From Trypanosoma brucei (taxonomy: Eukaryota), in NCBI GenBank assembly GCA_000002445.1, contig CH464491.1:1056001-1120000 (forward strand): a DNA stretch of 64,000 nt, given 5' to 3'. Every line of letters begins with the position of its first letter. Within the stretch, counting starts at the first letter, position 1. This document shows positions 31,920 through 43,721 of this stretch, piece after piece. The position numbers and the translations under genes are program-made. The notes under the pieces were generated by a model, which was not told where the DNA came from, made no database searches, and worked only from the letters and a program-made list of their open reading frames with translations.

Positions 31920-33610
31920 TCCCAATTCCTTTTTTGTTTTCAGTTTGCCTCCTTCCCGCTGCGAAGTGTGTAGTTATATTACGCCTCTATACCCTTTTTA
32001 AAATTTGACAGTTCCTTTTTTATTTTGATGATTTTCATTCTTCCGCTAATGATGGTGGGTGCAGCCGTTTGGTACGGTACAGTTTTTCTTTTTCGTTTTT
32101 TTTATTTCATGTATTTCCATCCCTTTTCCCCTTTTACACACATCCTTTTCTTTTTGTATTGCAATTGCACACATTTTGTTTCGTTTCATACTGGCGGCCG
32201 CAAGCACCCGCATGAGTACAGAAAAAAAAAAAAGACATATGTGGATGGGGCGGATGAAAAAGAAACTTGTCTCATATTTTTCACACGCATTTTCTTACCG
32301 TACGCATTGGTGAGAGTACACGTGTGTAAATTTATTGCCAGTGCGTAAGCAGTTGGTTGAAAGGAGATTTAAAAACAAAAAATGTTGGAGGTGGAAGGCG
32401 CAAAGAGATATGTTCTTGTGTGAAGAAGGAAGGTTGGAAAGAACAACATGGTTGATCCCATGACATGTAAATACACGCATATAGTAATAATCAAAAATAA
32501 AAAGAGGAAAAAAGAGGAAATGCAGCCACCTACGGTACATGAAGCACAGGGCGTATATGATAGTAAAACCAGAGACACCAGGCTGCACCCATCATTTTAA
32601 GTGTTCTCATCTTTGCCTTTTTTTTTCTTTTGCATGGCTTTACATCGCTGAATGGACTTTACCTAAATGCGGGAAAGTGTATGTATGAATCTGTATAAAT
32701 AAATAAATAAATATAAATAAATATATATATATATATATTCGTGTGTGGGTGTGGGTAGGTGTGTGGGAGAGAAAGGAGGGGATTTCATGCGCATACATTT
32801 ATATGTCTATGAAGTATGTGCGTGTGAAACAATTATTCCTTTGCTCCCTTTTTCTTCTTCTTCTTCTTTTGTCTTGTCTTCCTTTTTAATCGTTTGGGAA
32901 GCTAAGATACGATTGAGCCATGATAAGAAAAAAAAATGAATAGATGAGGGGAATAGACAGTGTAATTGCAAAAAGAAAAAAAAAGCAGGGGAAAAGCCTT
33001 TCCCTCTGTTCAACTTTATTTTTCTCCCCGTCGTCGCACTCTTCTTTTTCATTTCTTCGATTTTTTTTTCCAAAAAAAAAAATCCCCTTCTCTCTCATTT
33101 GTGCACCCCTTTCTAATTTACGAGAGTAACGTTGGGGGAGAAAAAGCATGAAAAAAAAAGATACGTGGGATCTTTCAATAATAATTATTGAGGGTTGTTG
33201 TTGTTATTATTATCCGTATCATTATTTTTGTTATTGCTTTTCCCCCGTTTGTCTCCTTTTCGTCTTCGCCTTTGTTGTAATTTATATTTCCCACGGTTTG
33301 TTTGTAATTGTTTTTTTTCTTTTTTGCCATCCCTTTAATCAGAAGCACCCACAACACCTTACCCGAAGTTTGGTAGGGGGGAAAAAAATGAAGGGATGTC
33401 AAGGCATTTGGCACATTTCGTAGACGAGCAGGAAAAGTCAAATAAAATGAAAAGAAATGGGATGAAGTGAAGTAAGGATGAAATGCAGCGAAGTGGATAA
33501 AAGCGGAGAAAGGAATGCGGGGGGAGAGTGGGTGATGTTTAATATTCGAGAAATTTTCTTGAAAACATGTGTGAATGAGTTGAGTTGATTGAGACGTTTT
33601 GATGTTTTTG

Positions 33611-33645
33611 CTGCTGTTGTTATTGTTGTTGTTGTTGTTGTTGTG
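33611..33645. repeat. (GTT)n / (GCT)n trinucleotide repeat
   Basis: gctgctgttgttattgttgttgttgttgttgttgtg. Produces the poly-N run in the spurious minus-strand ORF 33175..33813. Confidence 0.9.
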
Positions 33646-34028
33646 TTTTGCTGTTGAATGTAAGTGACCACTGATTCGGAGTGCATACGGTTTTGGTCCT
33701 ACCTTATGCTTTGTGTTGTCATGTGCGTTTTTTTTTTTTTTTGGTACCCTCTTCCCAATGTGTATGTTAGCGCGTGTACGGGCTTGAGCCACGTGGCTTG
33801 AAGATTTCGCCATGTGTTTCCCTCCTATTATTGTTATTTATGGAACTGTTCTTTTCCCTTTATTCTGCTTTGCGTTTTGGTGGGAAAAAGAAGAGCACGC
33901 CACAAGGGAGAAACAGTGAAAAGCAGAAGGGGGAATACTCATAAGCAATCAGATACAAAGGGAAAGGGAAAAAGAAAGCATAAAGAATAGGAGCACAGTG
34001 AGGGAAAGAGCGGGGCGAATCATTCATC

Positions 34029-34817
34029 ATGATTCCTGCCCTTAATGGTGTTGTTACAAAAACTGTTCTTCTCGTGCGACCGCGCTACGCACAACAGTTG
34101 GAGCTCCGCGCCCTTACAAAATACAAATTACACGAGGCCGGTTTTATCATCGTTCGTGAAGAGTACCGTCGGGTGAATGAAGAGCTTGCTGATAAAATTG
34201 CCGTTCAGCTCGACCGCGCTGCCTTTCTTAGTGGCACGGCGGCTCCCGAAGAGGTGGAGGCAGTTAACGAGGGTGATAGTGCCACAAATGGCTCGCGGAT
34301 GTTCACACGCTCGCACGTTACAGTTGGCGCACAAGAACTTGTGGGGAATGCGTACTTATACGTCCTGGCCCATCGGGATTGCCACGCAGAGCTGCTTCGG
34401 TTCCTTGACCGCCTTTTTGCTGATGAGGATTACACAATGCTGTTGATGAGTATTAACGAAGAGGGAAAGGAGGCAGGTTCAGCAGCGGGGTCAGCGGCCA
34501 CTCAACAGCAGGGTGATTCGCGCGGCCCGTCTATTCAATGCCCGCTATTCTGCAATGTCACAAGTGTCGCAGCAAAACAAGTTGTTCAACTGCTATTTCC
34601 ACGTATGCTTGTCCACGATGTGCCGAACCGTACGGTAACGCGTGAGTATGTGCAGGCGGAGTTGAAGAACGCGTTGATGCCTGCGCTCGTTGAGCTGTCG
34701 AGAGCAAAACCAGAAAACCCCATCCGGTGGTTAGCTGAGCGATTGTTGAATACAAACGTGCGGGCTCCTCCACTAATATCCGCAGCTAACGGCGATACTG
34801 AGGTTACAGAACAGTAG
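34029..34817 (+). CDS. protein with degenerate nucleoside-diphosphate-kinase-like N-terminal region and C-terminal Dpy-30/RIIa-like dimerisation motif
   Basis: C-terminus VQAELKNALMPALVELSRAKPENPIRWLAERLL fits the Dpy-30 motif (..L..GL..L...RP.DPI.FLA.YLL). N-terminal TVLLVRP...HEAGFIIVREEYRRVNEELADK resembles the NDK start TFIAIKPD...GF.LVA.K........HY. Confidence 0.45.
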   Translation: MIPALNGVVTKTVLLVRPRYAQQLELRALTKYKLHEAGFIIVREEYRRVNEELADKIAVQLDRAAFLSGTAAPEEVEAVNEGDSATNGSRMFTRSHVTVGAQELVGNAYLYVLAHRDCHAELLRFLDRLFADEDYTMLLMSINEEGKEAGSAAGSAATQQQGDSRGPSIQCPLFCNVTSVAAKQVVQLLFPRMLVHDVPNRTVTREYVQAELKNALMPALVELSRAKPENPIRWLAERLLNTNVRAPPLISAANGDTEVTEQ

Positions 34818-35770
34818 AGGGCGGTTGCAAGTGCTTTCATGAATGAAAGGAATGCGTTACTTTTTGTTGTAAAATGTCCTCACACATTTGAGAGTGGGCA
34901 GACGATACGAAGATAGAGGTGGCGAGTGAAAGCAGTGCGACATTATGGTGGTGGCGAATTTTTGGTTGTGTATTATTGTGTTGCTTATGTATGTGGCGGC
35001 TGAAGGTACGAATGGTGAACCTTCGTAACACAATTCTTATGTTCTCTTGTTTCTGTCCCATGTGCTTTTTTGTTTTGTGATTTGTTCTCCATCATGTATA
35101 GTTGCACTAGATGACACATGTGAGGAAGTACAAGTGGAACTGGGATAAAAAAAATCTTTAAGGATTAGTTCTACGTAGGGTTGGCGAAATCCCTGCGAGT
35201 TGATGTTGTTTTTTTCCCTCATCATTGTTGCTTTCGTCTTGAGCGTATTTCAGTTGGGTTTTGACTTCTTTTCCTCCCCCTTTTGTGTTTATTTTTGTTT
35301 CTGCCCCAAGTAAGCTAACTTAAGGATGTGTTGGTGAAGGTCAGCCTCTGTTACTCGTTAAAGTGCGTGGGTGCGGTGCACTCATCTCAGATGACGAACA
35401 CGTAGCGATGGTAAATAGCTGAAGTGAGCGAACGCATGATAAAATGTCTATTTTTTGAGGTAAAAGCAAAAAAAAAAACAACAACAACTGTGGGGTTACA
35501 AGTGAGGGAAAGTTTTGGATGGTGTATTTGTCGTTCATCCTTCCCCATTTATATTTTTTGGCACCCTACAAATTCTCATGTGATGTGCTGTCACTGCTAC
35601 CCCCTCTCTTTTTCGTATGGGGTCGGAAGGAGGGTGGAACTGGAGAGTGAGTTGATTTCGCGTGTCGGAAGCGATTGCAAGACAGGCATGATTGTTATCG
35701 GCAACGCTGATGCGGAAATGAATGAGAATAACTATGATGTGGTGTGCATGTGTCGGCATATGAGCATATA

Positions 35771-35774
<4 letters not shown>

Positions 35775-35813
<39 letters not shown>
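35775..35813. repeat. (TA)19 dinucleotide microsatellite
   Basis: Uninterrupted run read directly; upstream of the subtilisin gene. Confidence 0.95.
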
Positions 35814-35816
<3 letters not shown>

Positions 35817-36137
35817 TGTTCCTCAGCGGGCCGCGCTTGCGCTGCTACAATTACTGTTGTGGTGTTTGTAGCCTTACCATGCGTGTAAGGTATACGGACG
35901 GTTAATTTTGGGTAAAAATAATGAAGCCGTGCATTTTGTTTGCAACTGGTTTTCGGTCGCTCTCGTCCATTAGCCGGTACTTCGCCTCTGGGAGGTGACC
36001 GAGGGCATCATTCGGTACTTTTAGTTACCATCAGGAGTGATCTGTCAGGAAGGCTGAGAAGAAAATTTCCCCCACTTTTCCCCGCCTAACTTTATCTACT
36101 CTCTACCATTTAATAATCGATGAAATGAAATCACAGC

Positions 36138-39100
36138 ATGACATGCATACAGGAAAACATTACAGGGCTGCTTTTCTTGTGTTGTTGCCTGTCACTTTCG
36201 CTATGGGTACTTTCGACTTGCAAAGCCCATGCTGATGGGGAAACCGCAGAGCCAAACACCAGCTGTTCGTATATGTTGATGCTCGATTGTCTTTTACATC
36301 CTGAGGCTACTGAGGTGGCGACCCGACGTCTGCAGAAAACAAATAGGTGGAAATGGTGGCGTAGTGGCCTTCCAAGTGGATCGGAAGTGCATGTGCATCC
36401 CCCTCCAGCGCCTTTTGGGACGTGGAATGACTTTCTGTTGATGGATGTTCGCTCTCCCCTTTGTGGTAAGTTGTCAGGGAATGTTATGGAGAGTGAAATA
36501 AGTGGGACCTCATTCGCTCTTCCTACCGTAGGGCGAGTTATTGTATTACGTGTCGTGGAAGATAGGTGGGTTCCAAAAGAATTTACGCGCACCCATTCGA
36601 TTGAGTCACGAGGCGACAAACTTTCCCGATGGCGGTACCCCCGTCAGTATTTGAGGCTACGAACGGCACTGAGGTGGAGCGGGTTGGGTGTTCGAGTGGC
36701 TGTACTCGACAATGGTGTTGATGCGGCGCTTTTACCACAACGGGATGTAGAGGGGATACCGAATTCTGCGGGGGAAAAAAGTGACTGGTCAGTTGCACTA
36801 TGCAGGAGTTTTGTGCCCGATGTGCCATGCGAGAACCGCCGTGATTCACATGGCACCTTCAGCGTGTCCGTTACAGCTGGCAACATTTCCTTGACTAGTA
36901 ACCTTCGCAGTAGCGAAGGGTTCGGCAATCAAACCACGTCCTTTACCGATGGGAGCACCGCAGAAGAAATGCCTGCAGTGAGTAAACATTACGTGGGCGT
37001 GGCCCCTGGTTCTACTGTTGGTATGTTTCGTGTGTTCGACGATGCTCGGGGCTCAAAGACATCGTGGCTGGTGTCTGCTTTGAACGATGTGTTGCAGTGG
37101 CGAGCCGATGTTGTGAGTTTGGCGTTTGGTGGCACTGATAATATGGACACCATTTTCACCGAGAAAATCCGTGTGTTGGCGATGTCAGGCGTCGTTGTCG
37201 TTGCGGCAGCTGGAAATGATGGTCCAACAATGGGAACAATTCACAACCCCGCTGACCAGGCGGAGGTATTGGCGGTTGGCTCCCTTGGAACGGTTAATTG
37301 CCACATCGTTGCGAACGCTATGACTGCGCACCCCGGCCACGATGATAGAGAGGGAAACTGCACAGACAGTCGTGACCAGCGGTGGGTCTCGCAGTTTTCC
37401 GGCAGGGGTCCGTCTACGGTGGAATTCCCATTCGGCGCTGGTCGGGTACGGCCGGATATTTTGGCGCTTGGAGAACATGTGGTTGGTGTAGGGCGTGTGA
37501 TGGAGAAGTTTGGTATGAGTGGTGAGGAGAGGGTGCTGGGGCTGCAGGTATCTCACGGCACAAGTGTTGCAACGGCACTTGTAGCTGGGGTTGCTGCGTT
37601 GTGCATAGAAGCACTACGGACTCTGGGTGACGGGACACGCGTTAACGTCGCACTTGTGAAGGGACTTCTAATTGAGACGGCTGTGGAGCTGGTTCCTAAC
37701 ACTGAGAGCCTTAACTCTGTTGAAAGGGTTCTGATGCAGGAAAGGAAGAAGTACTCTTCACAGGGTGCTGGGAGCTGGTCAACCGAAGGAGATGCGTTCT
37801 TGAATGGGAAGCGACGGAGAACGCTCGATGGGGTCGATATGGTCCACACTCTATTTCACTACCGGAACGTACTTCAGTTCAGTCGTTTGAGCCAAGGCGG
37901 TGGGGAGGTGTGTCCCACATGCGCGCTCTCTCGAATCGAACAGAGGGCCCACGAATACGATCGACTACTGGAGGTTTTTGCGTTCCCCAAGGCTGTTGAT
38001 GCAACGGGCGACCATCACCTTCCACATGGTGGCAAAGGACCAGCCGCAGCAACATTAGGCCCCTGCCTGCTCAACTGGCCTTACTGCGAGCAGCCTTTGT
38101 TTCCCTCTGCAGCACCTATCGCGTTTAATTTAACCCTTCATAATGCTCGCTGTGAGTCCTCGCGGCTAAATCTCATTTCGCCAAACGTAACAATTTCAGG
38201 AGCCGAAGGTTTTTGCAGTATGAATCGCGTCTGTGAGCCAGGTTATCTTGGTGCCGAAATCGCACAGCAATTAGTGCTTGTGCGAGCTGATGCTTCCCTT
38301 GTTATGTCTGCCCACAGTGGATGGCTATCACTATTTGCCCTTTCACCTGCGAATGCCTCCACGACGCAAATACCACCACCTACGTCAGCGGCTGAATCCA
38401 ACTCTCCAGATTCTTTTGCTTTGGATAGGTACGATCTTATTACAGTGATTGGATCTGTAAGACTTGCCTACCTGTGCACGGCAAGCGGTGAACATCAGAA
38501 GGCGAATGCGGATGTCGATGAATCAGGGGGAGTTCGTTCGGTTACTGTGCCCTTTAAATTACCGGTTGTGCGGCGCCCCTCCCGACTTGAGCGTGTGGGT
38601 TTTGATATGAGTCATCAGTGGTTTTATCCTCCAGGTCAAGTACCTGATGATGATATCCGTCAAGAGAGACATGTACTTCACTACCGCCGCGGCAACGGGC
38701 GCCTTCGCGGCCATGCTGTGCGAAGTCGCTCGGGAGAAAAGCGGTGTGGTGCCTACGAATGTGAGAGTGATCATCTCTATACAAATATGGCACTGTTCTT
38801 CTTGTATCTTCGGCGGGTTCTTGGTTTATTTGTTGAGCAGCCACTGCTCACTTACCTACCATTCGGTGTTAGCAAGATTAACGGTGTTGGAGGGGTTAAT
38901 GCGAAGAGGGATGTAAAGAATGTTTCTGTAGCGGCGTTGAAGCGGTATTATGGGAACATAGGCACTCTCATACTGTTCGATCTGGAGTTACCGCTTTTGC
39001 GGATGGAGCGTACTCTTATTTCGGACGCAGTTCGTTACGAAAAACTACACTTACTAGTTGTGAGCGAATGGTTCAGCAGGAGCATAGCACGGGGAACCTC

Positions 39101-40601
39101 GTCTCATAGTTCAACCCCCGGTGGATCCTTATTTCCCTCCCTTAAAGGCAACCAGAACGTGAATTCCTCCTTTTGCGATGCTGATGAACCGAAGGTTAAG
39201 AGTAATGGGTGTCTACCAAAGGAACCTATGGTTTTGGACGGATCGTCACATGTGCCGTCGTTGAATGCCCTTCTCCGTGATGTTTCTCATGGAAAACTTC
39301 AACTGGACACAGAACACGTGGTTAGTGGCGAACTAGTTTTGGCAACCTGTCCACACCACTCGTACAAAATGCCTTCCAGTTTTTGGTCCATATCATCGTG
39401 GATTTCTTGGCTTTGGTTTGGAGGAGCGCAGCGCGCAGATGGTTGTGTGGACCGGCACTTGGGCGAGATTCAATCAGCAGGAGTGGTTCTCTGGCCCCCT
39501 ACTGGTGAAAGGAACAAACAAGGAGACGAGTCCCACAGCGAACTAGGCGGAGAACGTTCTAGTGCAGACTACAAACCTACAGCAGTTTGCAGTATTGCAA
39601 AAAATTGGGCCAGAGGTCTTTACTTTCTTAGCAAGTTGAAGGACAGCGGGGGCAACTTAAACTGCGACGACGCGACCAACGGTTGTGGTGATGGTACTAA
39701 ACAACGGGAAGTGGACGTTATGCACCCCGTGGGGCAATCTGCGTTTGTCCCCATTTTTGGTTTCGTCGGTTCAGGTGGTGACTGCTTGGGTGAAGATGGT
39801 TTGTTTGACAACGAGGGGTGCATGAAGGGAGCACCTGCCGCTGAATCCTTAAGGCACGCTGGTGGGCGTGTGGTCCTTTTTACTGATTCCAATAGTTTCA
39901 GTGATTTGCCACACAGCGCAGCCACACTGCATCGGCTGAACCTGTTAATCTATGACACGTCGAGGCTACTCTCTCGGTCGAGTACAGAAACTTCCTTTGC
40001 AATTGATATTTCTCATAAAATTGAGGCTATAGTGCGTGAAGAGAGTTTTCAACCCTCCCTCTCACTGGGCCTCATTGGCGACTTTGTGAGTTTCCTCCAC
40101 AATGGAGGGACAAAGAACTTTATGCAGGGCGTTGACTGTCGCCGTTCGGACGGTACGAGTCTGGGACATCATTGGAATGATATCTCGACCTCCGAAAAGG
40201 CAGAAAATGGCGGACGGGACGGTCTCCATGCTGCAAATGAGGAGGATAAGGCGAGTTTGCTTGCCCTTCGTTTATTTCAGGGTGCGCCGCAGCGGGTTGC
40301 GATAGCTGAGAGGGTTCGTGCCGTTTTAGTTGACTGGGAAGCGGCCATTGCCTCTGAAGCTGATTATGCTGAGACAGATGCGGTGATTACAGATGGAGAT
40401 TGTAATGGTTCATTTTTCGTTCAAACCGCGGATTCGAGGAAACTGTGGTCTAATTGTACGTACGGCGGTGAGGGAGTTAATATGATACTTTGGACGCACA
40501 TACTGGGTCTAACATTTACGACGTTAGTACTGTATGCGACCAATTGCCTCCGATGCCTGTTGGAGAACATGAAGGTTGTGGCAGTGGAACCATCTGAGTA
40601 G
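36138..40601 (+). CDS. subtilisin-like serine peptidase (MEROPS S8), type I membrane protein with ~1000-aa C-terminal extension
   Basis: Signal peptide MTCIQENITGLLFLCCCLSLSLWVLSTCKA|HADG. Catalytic D191 (VAVLDNGVD, nt 36708). H238 (DSHGTFS, nt 36849). Oxyanion N360 (AAAGNDG). S476 (SHGTSVATALVAGVAALC, nt 37563). C-terminal TM helix ILWTHILGLTFTTLVLYATNCL followed by a short tail. The rest is unrecognisable. Confidence 0.85.
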   Translation: MTCIQENITGLLFLCCCLSLSLWVLSTCKAHADGETAEPNTSCSYMLMLDCLLHPEATEVATRRLQKTNRWKWWRSGLPSGSEVHVHPPPAPFGTWNDFLLMDVRSPLCGKLSGNVMESEISGTSFALPTVGRVIVLRVVEDRWVPKEFTRTHSIESRGDKLSRWRYPRQYLRLRTALRWSGLGVRVAVLDNGVDAALLPQRDVEGIPNSAGEKSDWSVALCRSFVPDVPCENRRDSHGTFSVSVTAGNISLTSNLRSSEGFGNQTTSFTDGSTAEEMPAVSKHYVGVAPGSTVGMFRVFDDARGSKTSWLVSALNDVLQWRADVVSLAFGGTDNMDTIFTEKIRVLAMSGVVVVAAAGNDGPTMGTIHNPADQAEVLAVGSLGTVNCHIVANAMTAHPGHDDREGNCTDSRDQRWVSQFSGRGPSTVEFPFGAGRVRPDILALGEHVVGVGRVMEKFGMSGEERVLGLQVSHGTSVATALVAGVAALCIEALRTLGDGTRVNVALVKGLLIETAVELVPNTESLNSVERVLMQERKKYSSQGAGSWSTEGDAFLNGKRRRTLDGVDMVHTLFHYRNVLQFSRLSQGGGEVCPTCALSRIEQRAHEYDRLLEVFAFPKAVDATGDHHLPHGGKGPAAATLGPCLLNWPYCEQPLFPSAAPIAFNLTLHNARCESSRLNLISPNVTISGAEGFCSMNRVCEPGYLGAEIAQQLVLVRADASLVMSAHSGWLSLFALSPANASTTQIPPPTSAAESNSPDSFALDRYDLITVIGSVRLAYLCTASGEHQKANADVDESGGVRSVTVPFKLPVVRRPSRLERVGFDMSHQWFYPPGQVPDDDIRQERHVLHYRRGNGRLRGHAVRSRSGEKRCGAYECESDHLYTNMALFFLYLRRVLGLFVEQPLLTYLPFGVSKINGVGGVNAKRDVKNVSVAALKRYYGNIGTLILFDLELPLLRMERTLISDAVRYEKLHLLVVSEWFSRSIARGTSSHSSTPGGSLFPSLKGNQNVNSSFCDADEPKVKSNGCLPKEPMVLDGSSHVPSLNALLRDVSHGKLQLDTEHVVSGELVLATCPHHSYKMPSSFWSISSWISWLWFGGAQRADGCVDRHLGEIQSAGVVLWPPTGERNKQGDESHSELGGERSSADYKPTAVCSIAKNWARGLYFLSKLKDSGGNLNCDDATNGCGDGTKQREVDVMHPVGQSAFVPIFGFVGSGGDCLGEDGLFDNEGCMKGAPAAESLRHAGGRVVLFTDSNSFSDLPHSAATLHRLNLLIYDTSRLLSRSSTETSFAIDISHKIEAIVREESFQPSLSLGLIGDFVSFLHNGGTKNFMQGVDCRRSDGTSLGHHWNDISTSEKAENGGRDGLHAANEEDKASLLALRLFQGAPQRVAIAERVRAVLVDWEAAIASEADYAETDAVITDGDCNGSFFVQTADSRKLWSNCTYGGEGVNMILWTHILGLTFTTLVLYATNCLRCLLENMKVVAVEPSE

Positions 40602-40943
40602 CGCATTGTATGGCGAGCGGACGCATAATGAGAGGATGGGAGGCGAACCGTGCTCTAAATTCTGCATACCTTGTTTCAGGCACATATATATATATATATT
40701 ATTTTTAAAAAATTAATGACGTGTCATTGCATGCATGCACCGTTTCATACTGATGAACTTATGTACACCCATAACTGTTGGTTGCCTCTCCACTTTTCTT
40801 AGGTACTATTTGACTGAATCAAGGTAATTCTGTGGCCTCTCTCTTTTTGTGTTGCGAAGGCATTCGGCTATTGTTCAGCTCGCAACTGACTTCTTGTTGA
40901 GGACCACAGTAGCGCACATTCACTGAAGTTGTACGGCATCACG

Positions 40944-41822
40944 ATGAAAGCCAGGCGGGCTGCTCGCGGCTCACTAAAGGAGCCTAAGCAAATTCCTTAC
41001 ACAAAATCCTCACCATTTGTAGCTTCTGCTCAGGCACGAGGTGCCGGTAACTTACTATGGAAGAAACCAATGGCTTTCCTGTCACGTATGGTTTCGGTGG
41101 TGATGGAAAAGGTTCGATCGTCACCGAGTAAGCATCTCAAATACGGCGATATTTTGCGCGACATTCCCTTCCATGTGCACAACCGCATTATCAGTTACTT
41201 CTCGACGCATCCAACCCTTTGCGTAGAGGTGTTTGGTGTTTCCCACGGGCAGTGTATCCGCTTCACCCATGGGCCGTGGGCTAGACAAACAGCAATTGTT
41301 ATTGGTGTGCGGGGCGGGAAGCTTTGGGTGCTGGACAAAGATGGCCCTGTGATGGCCCGACCCTTGTTTACAATAGAGCAACATGACTGGGAAAAGCTTT
41401 TGCCGGATGAGGAGCTGCTGAAGCGACTCAAAGAGGGACTAGAAGTGGCGCGACGAGGTGCAGAGCTGGACTATGATCCCGAGCAGCGGGAGTTTCTGCA
41501 GAAGGCGCCTGATTTATTTGTAGAAGTGGTTGATGACGACATGGATTATGCAAACGCTGGCTCCTCGGCAGCATTGAGCAGCCGAGGTAGCTGCGCCAAA
41601 ACCATTCGAAGTGAGCGGTATACCAGCAACGTAAACCCGGTTAGAGGCATGGACGATGGTATTTTTGAACTTCCTGAGCGGTCCCGAAAACGCGTGATTC
41701 TCGTTCCTCAGATTGCTCAAGTAACGGGAGACGCGGGATGGGCTGGTGAGGGTCTCGTCGTGGTGAATGGGGGTGGTGTGAGGTCTTTTACATCTTCCTT
41801 ATCCGCCTCGGTGCTTTTGTAA
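40944..41822 (+). CDS. hypothetical protein
   Basis: 292-aa ORF with non-repetitive, coding-like composition. First ATG is 40944 (ORF-track 40929 is TTG). Only ~340 nt downstream of the subtilisin stop. Confidence 0.45.
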   Translation: MKARRAARGSLKEPKQIPYTKSSPFVASAQARGAGNLLWKKPMAFLSRMVSVVMEKVRSSPSKHLKYGDILRDIPFHVHNRIISYFSTHPTLCVEVFGVSHGQCIRFTHGPWARQTAIVIGVRGGKLWVLDKDGPVMARPLFTIEQHDWEKLLPDEELLKRLKEGLEVARRGAELDYDPEQREFLQKAPDLFVEVVDDDMDYANAGSSAALSSRGSCAKTIRSERYTSNVNPVRGMDDGIFELPERSRKRVILVPQIAQVTGDAGWAGEGLVVVNGGGVRSFTSSLSASVLL

Positions 41823-43721
41823 TCAAGGGTACAATATGAAAGGGTCTGGGGCCTGGCTGGAACAAACTACAACCAAGCGTGTTGCATGAGTGTGCCTTAA
41901 TCGTGTGTGATTCAATATGGCAATCAACGAAGGGTAGGGTAGAAGAGGAATTGAAGTAATCATGCGCATTAATGTATTTTTAGTGCGCATTATGCGTGCT
42001 TTTGTAGCCGCTATTCGATTCTCTCCGCTGTATGACAAACTTTTTACTCCTGGGCGTTCCCTATTTGTTGCAACCACCTTTGGTGTCTCTTATCATCAAG
42101 GATATTAACGCCCGCTGCCACCTCACCTCTGTCCTTTCTTCATGTTTACTTGTTTCGATAAGGTCACGTATACATGAGTTATTCTTGAGGGACTAGGGCA
42201 CAATGAAGTAAGTTTTTACCTTCTTGGGGTCGCCGTTTTCCACCTCATATGAAGGAGCGTGTAGAAGTTCCGTGGAATGTATCCTGGGTACCCGCCACCG
42301 CTGTTAGGTCGGCACACGGAAATATATATATATATATATGAATTGGGTCGCTTCATCACTTGTTGTGGGTTTGTCCCTTATCTTGTGGTTAAAGTTTATT
42401 TCCCGCTAATCATTAGACGTGACTTACGCGATTTGGTGGAAGGTTGTGCCGTGTTCCTTTACACTATTTGGTGTAGTGCAGTATGCCGTATGCCAGGGGC
42501 AAGCTGCTTAGCGTTGGCTTCTTACGAAAGGAGTCCCTGGCGATGCCGGCCACCTCAACGTGGTGCCAGGGTCCAGTACCCCGTATCATCGGGGGAAGCC
42601 AAGAGCCAGCAGCGTTCCTTTCATGGGGAACAATGCTTTGCACCGGCTACGGCATCATACAGCACAGGGATCAGCAGCGTCTTGCTGGGACACCGTTTTT
42701 CATTTGTCGGTCCCTGGGCACGTGCCAGCGTGCCATCAGCAGTATCATCCGCACTAAGATGCTGCTGTCCGGTGATGTGGACCTCCGAAAAAAAAAAGGA
42801 TTGCCAATTGACATCTTTGGGAGAGTCCGGGGCGGGAGGCTTCTCGCCCCATCTGCTGTATTCCGTTCATATGCGGAAATACAACAAAAATTATAGAGGG
42901 TGTGTTAGGATGAATGAAAAAGGGAGACTCTGCCACAGTCGCCAGACCGATAGCATCTCAGGGCTCTACGGTGATGGCTGATGGCCGCGCCAGTGGGGGG
43001 AAACTCCCACGAAGGCACGAAGAAAATTCTAAAAAAAAAAATACGAAAGGAGTATTATTTTCCTCTCCCTGAGTAACGCTTCCTGTTGGGCCAACAACTC
43101 CCTTATGTAAACCCCCATGCGCGTTTTGGTTGGGTTTATCAGCTATTATGAAGCGGTGTGGCGTGTGTGTGTTGGTTTGGCCCTTCAAGTGACGCATTTG
43201 GTGTAGGGAACCGATGCGGTGGCTCGTTTTTTCCTAAATGAATTGAGGAGGGACAAACTGACTGGAATGAAAGGGGGGATGAATTATTGCGGGAATGCAG
43301 CCTGTCTCGTTAAATGTAAGGTGTAATGCCGCTTGTAAGGCTGAATTTTAAATTTGGGTGTCTCGGGTCATTTTTCGTAAATTTAAACTTAGTGTCTACC
43401 GTGGGAATACATGTTTAATGATTTTATTTGACTCCCACCATTATCGTATGTGGAGTGGAGGGGGGGGGGTGAATGTGCCGTGTTCTTTTCCGTGACGTTG
43501 ATTCATTCTTTGCCAGTCGATCTAAACACAATTTATTATTACCTTGCATACGTTGCTTGGCGGTATGTAGGTGATGAGGACAGAAGGGCTCGTGGCTGTT
43601 GGATTATTCTTTCTTCCCCCCTCTGGACATGCTTCATGTTATATTTCCGGTGGCAATTTCGACAAGATTTAACGTTTCACGTTGTCTTCCCTTGTGTCGC
43701 ATCTAGTTTTCAGCGTGTTTG

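Noticed and set aside
42277-42981. 234-aa + ORF (and nested 137-aa ORF 42483..42896) in the 1.9-kb spacer after the 40944 gene
   Set aside because: Reads through a (TA)n tract (EIYIYIYELG) and has no recognisable motif. Starts on a non-ATG codon in the track. It is most likely 3'UTR, though a small real gene cannot be excluded without expression data.
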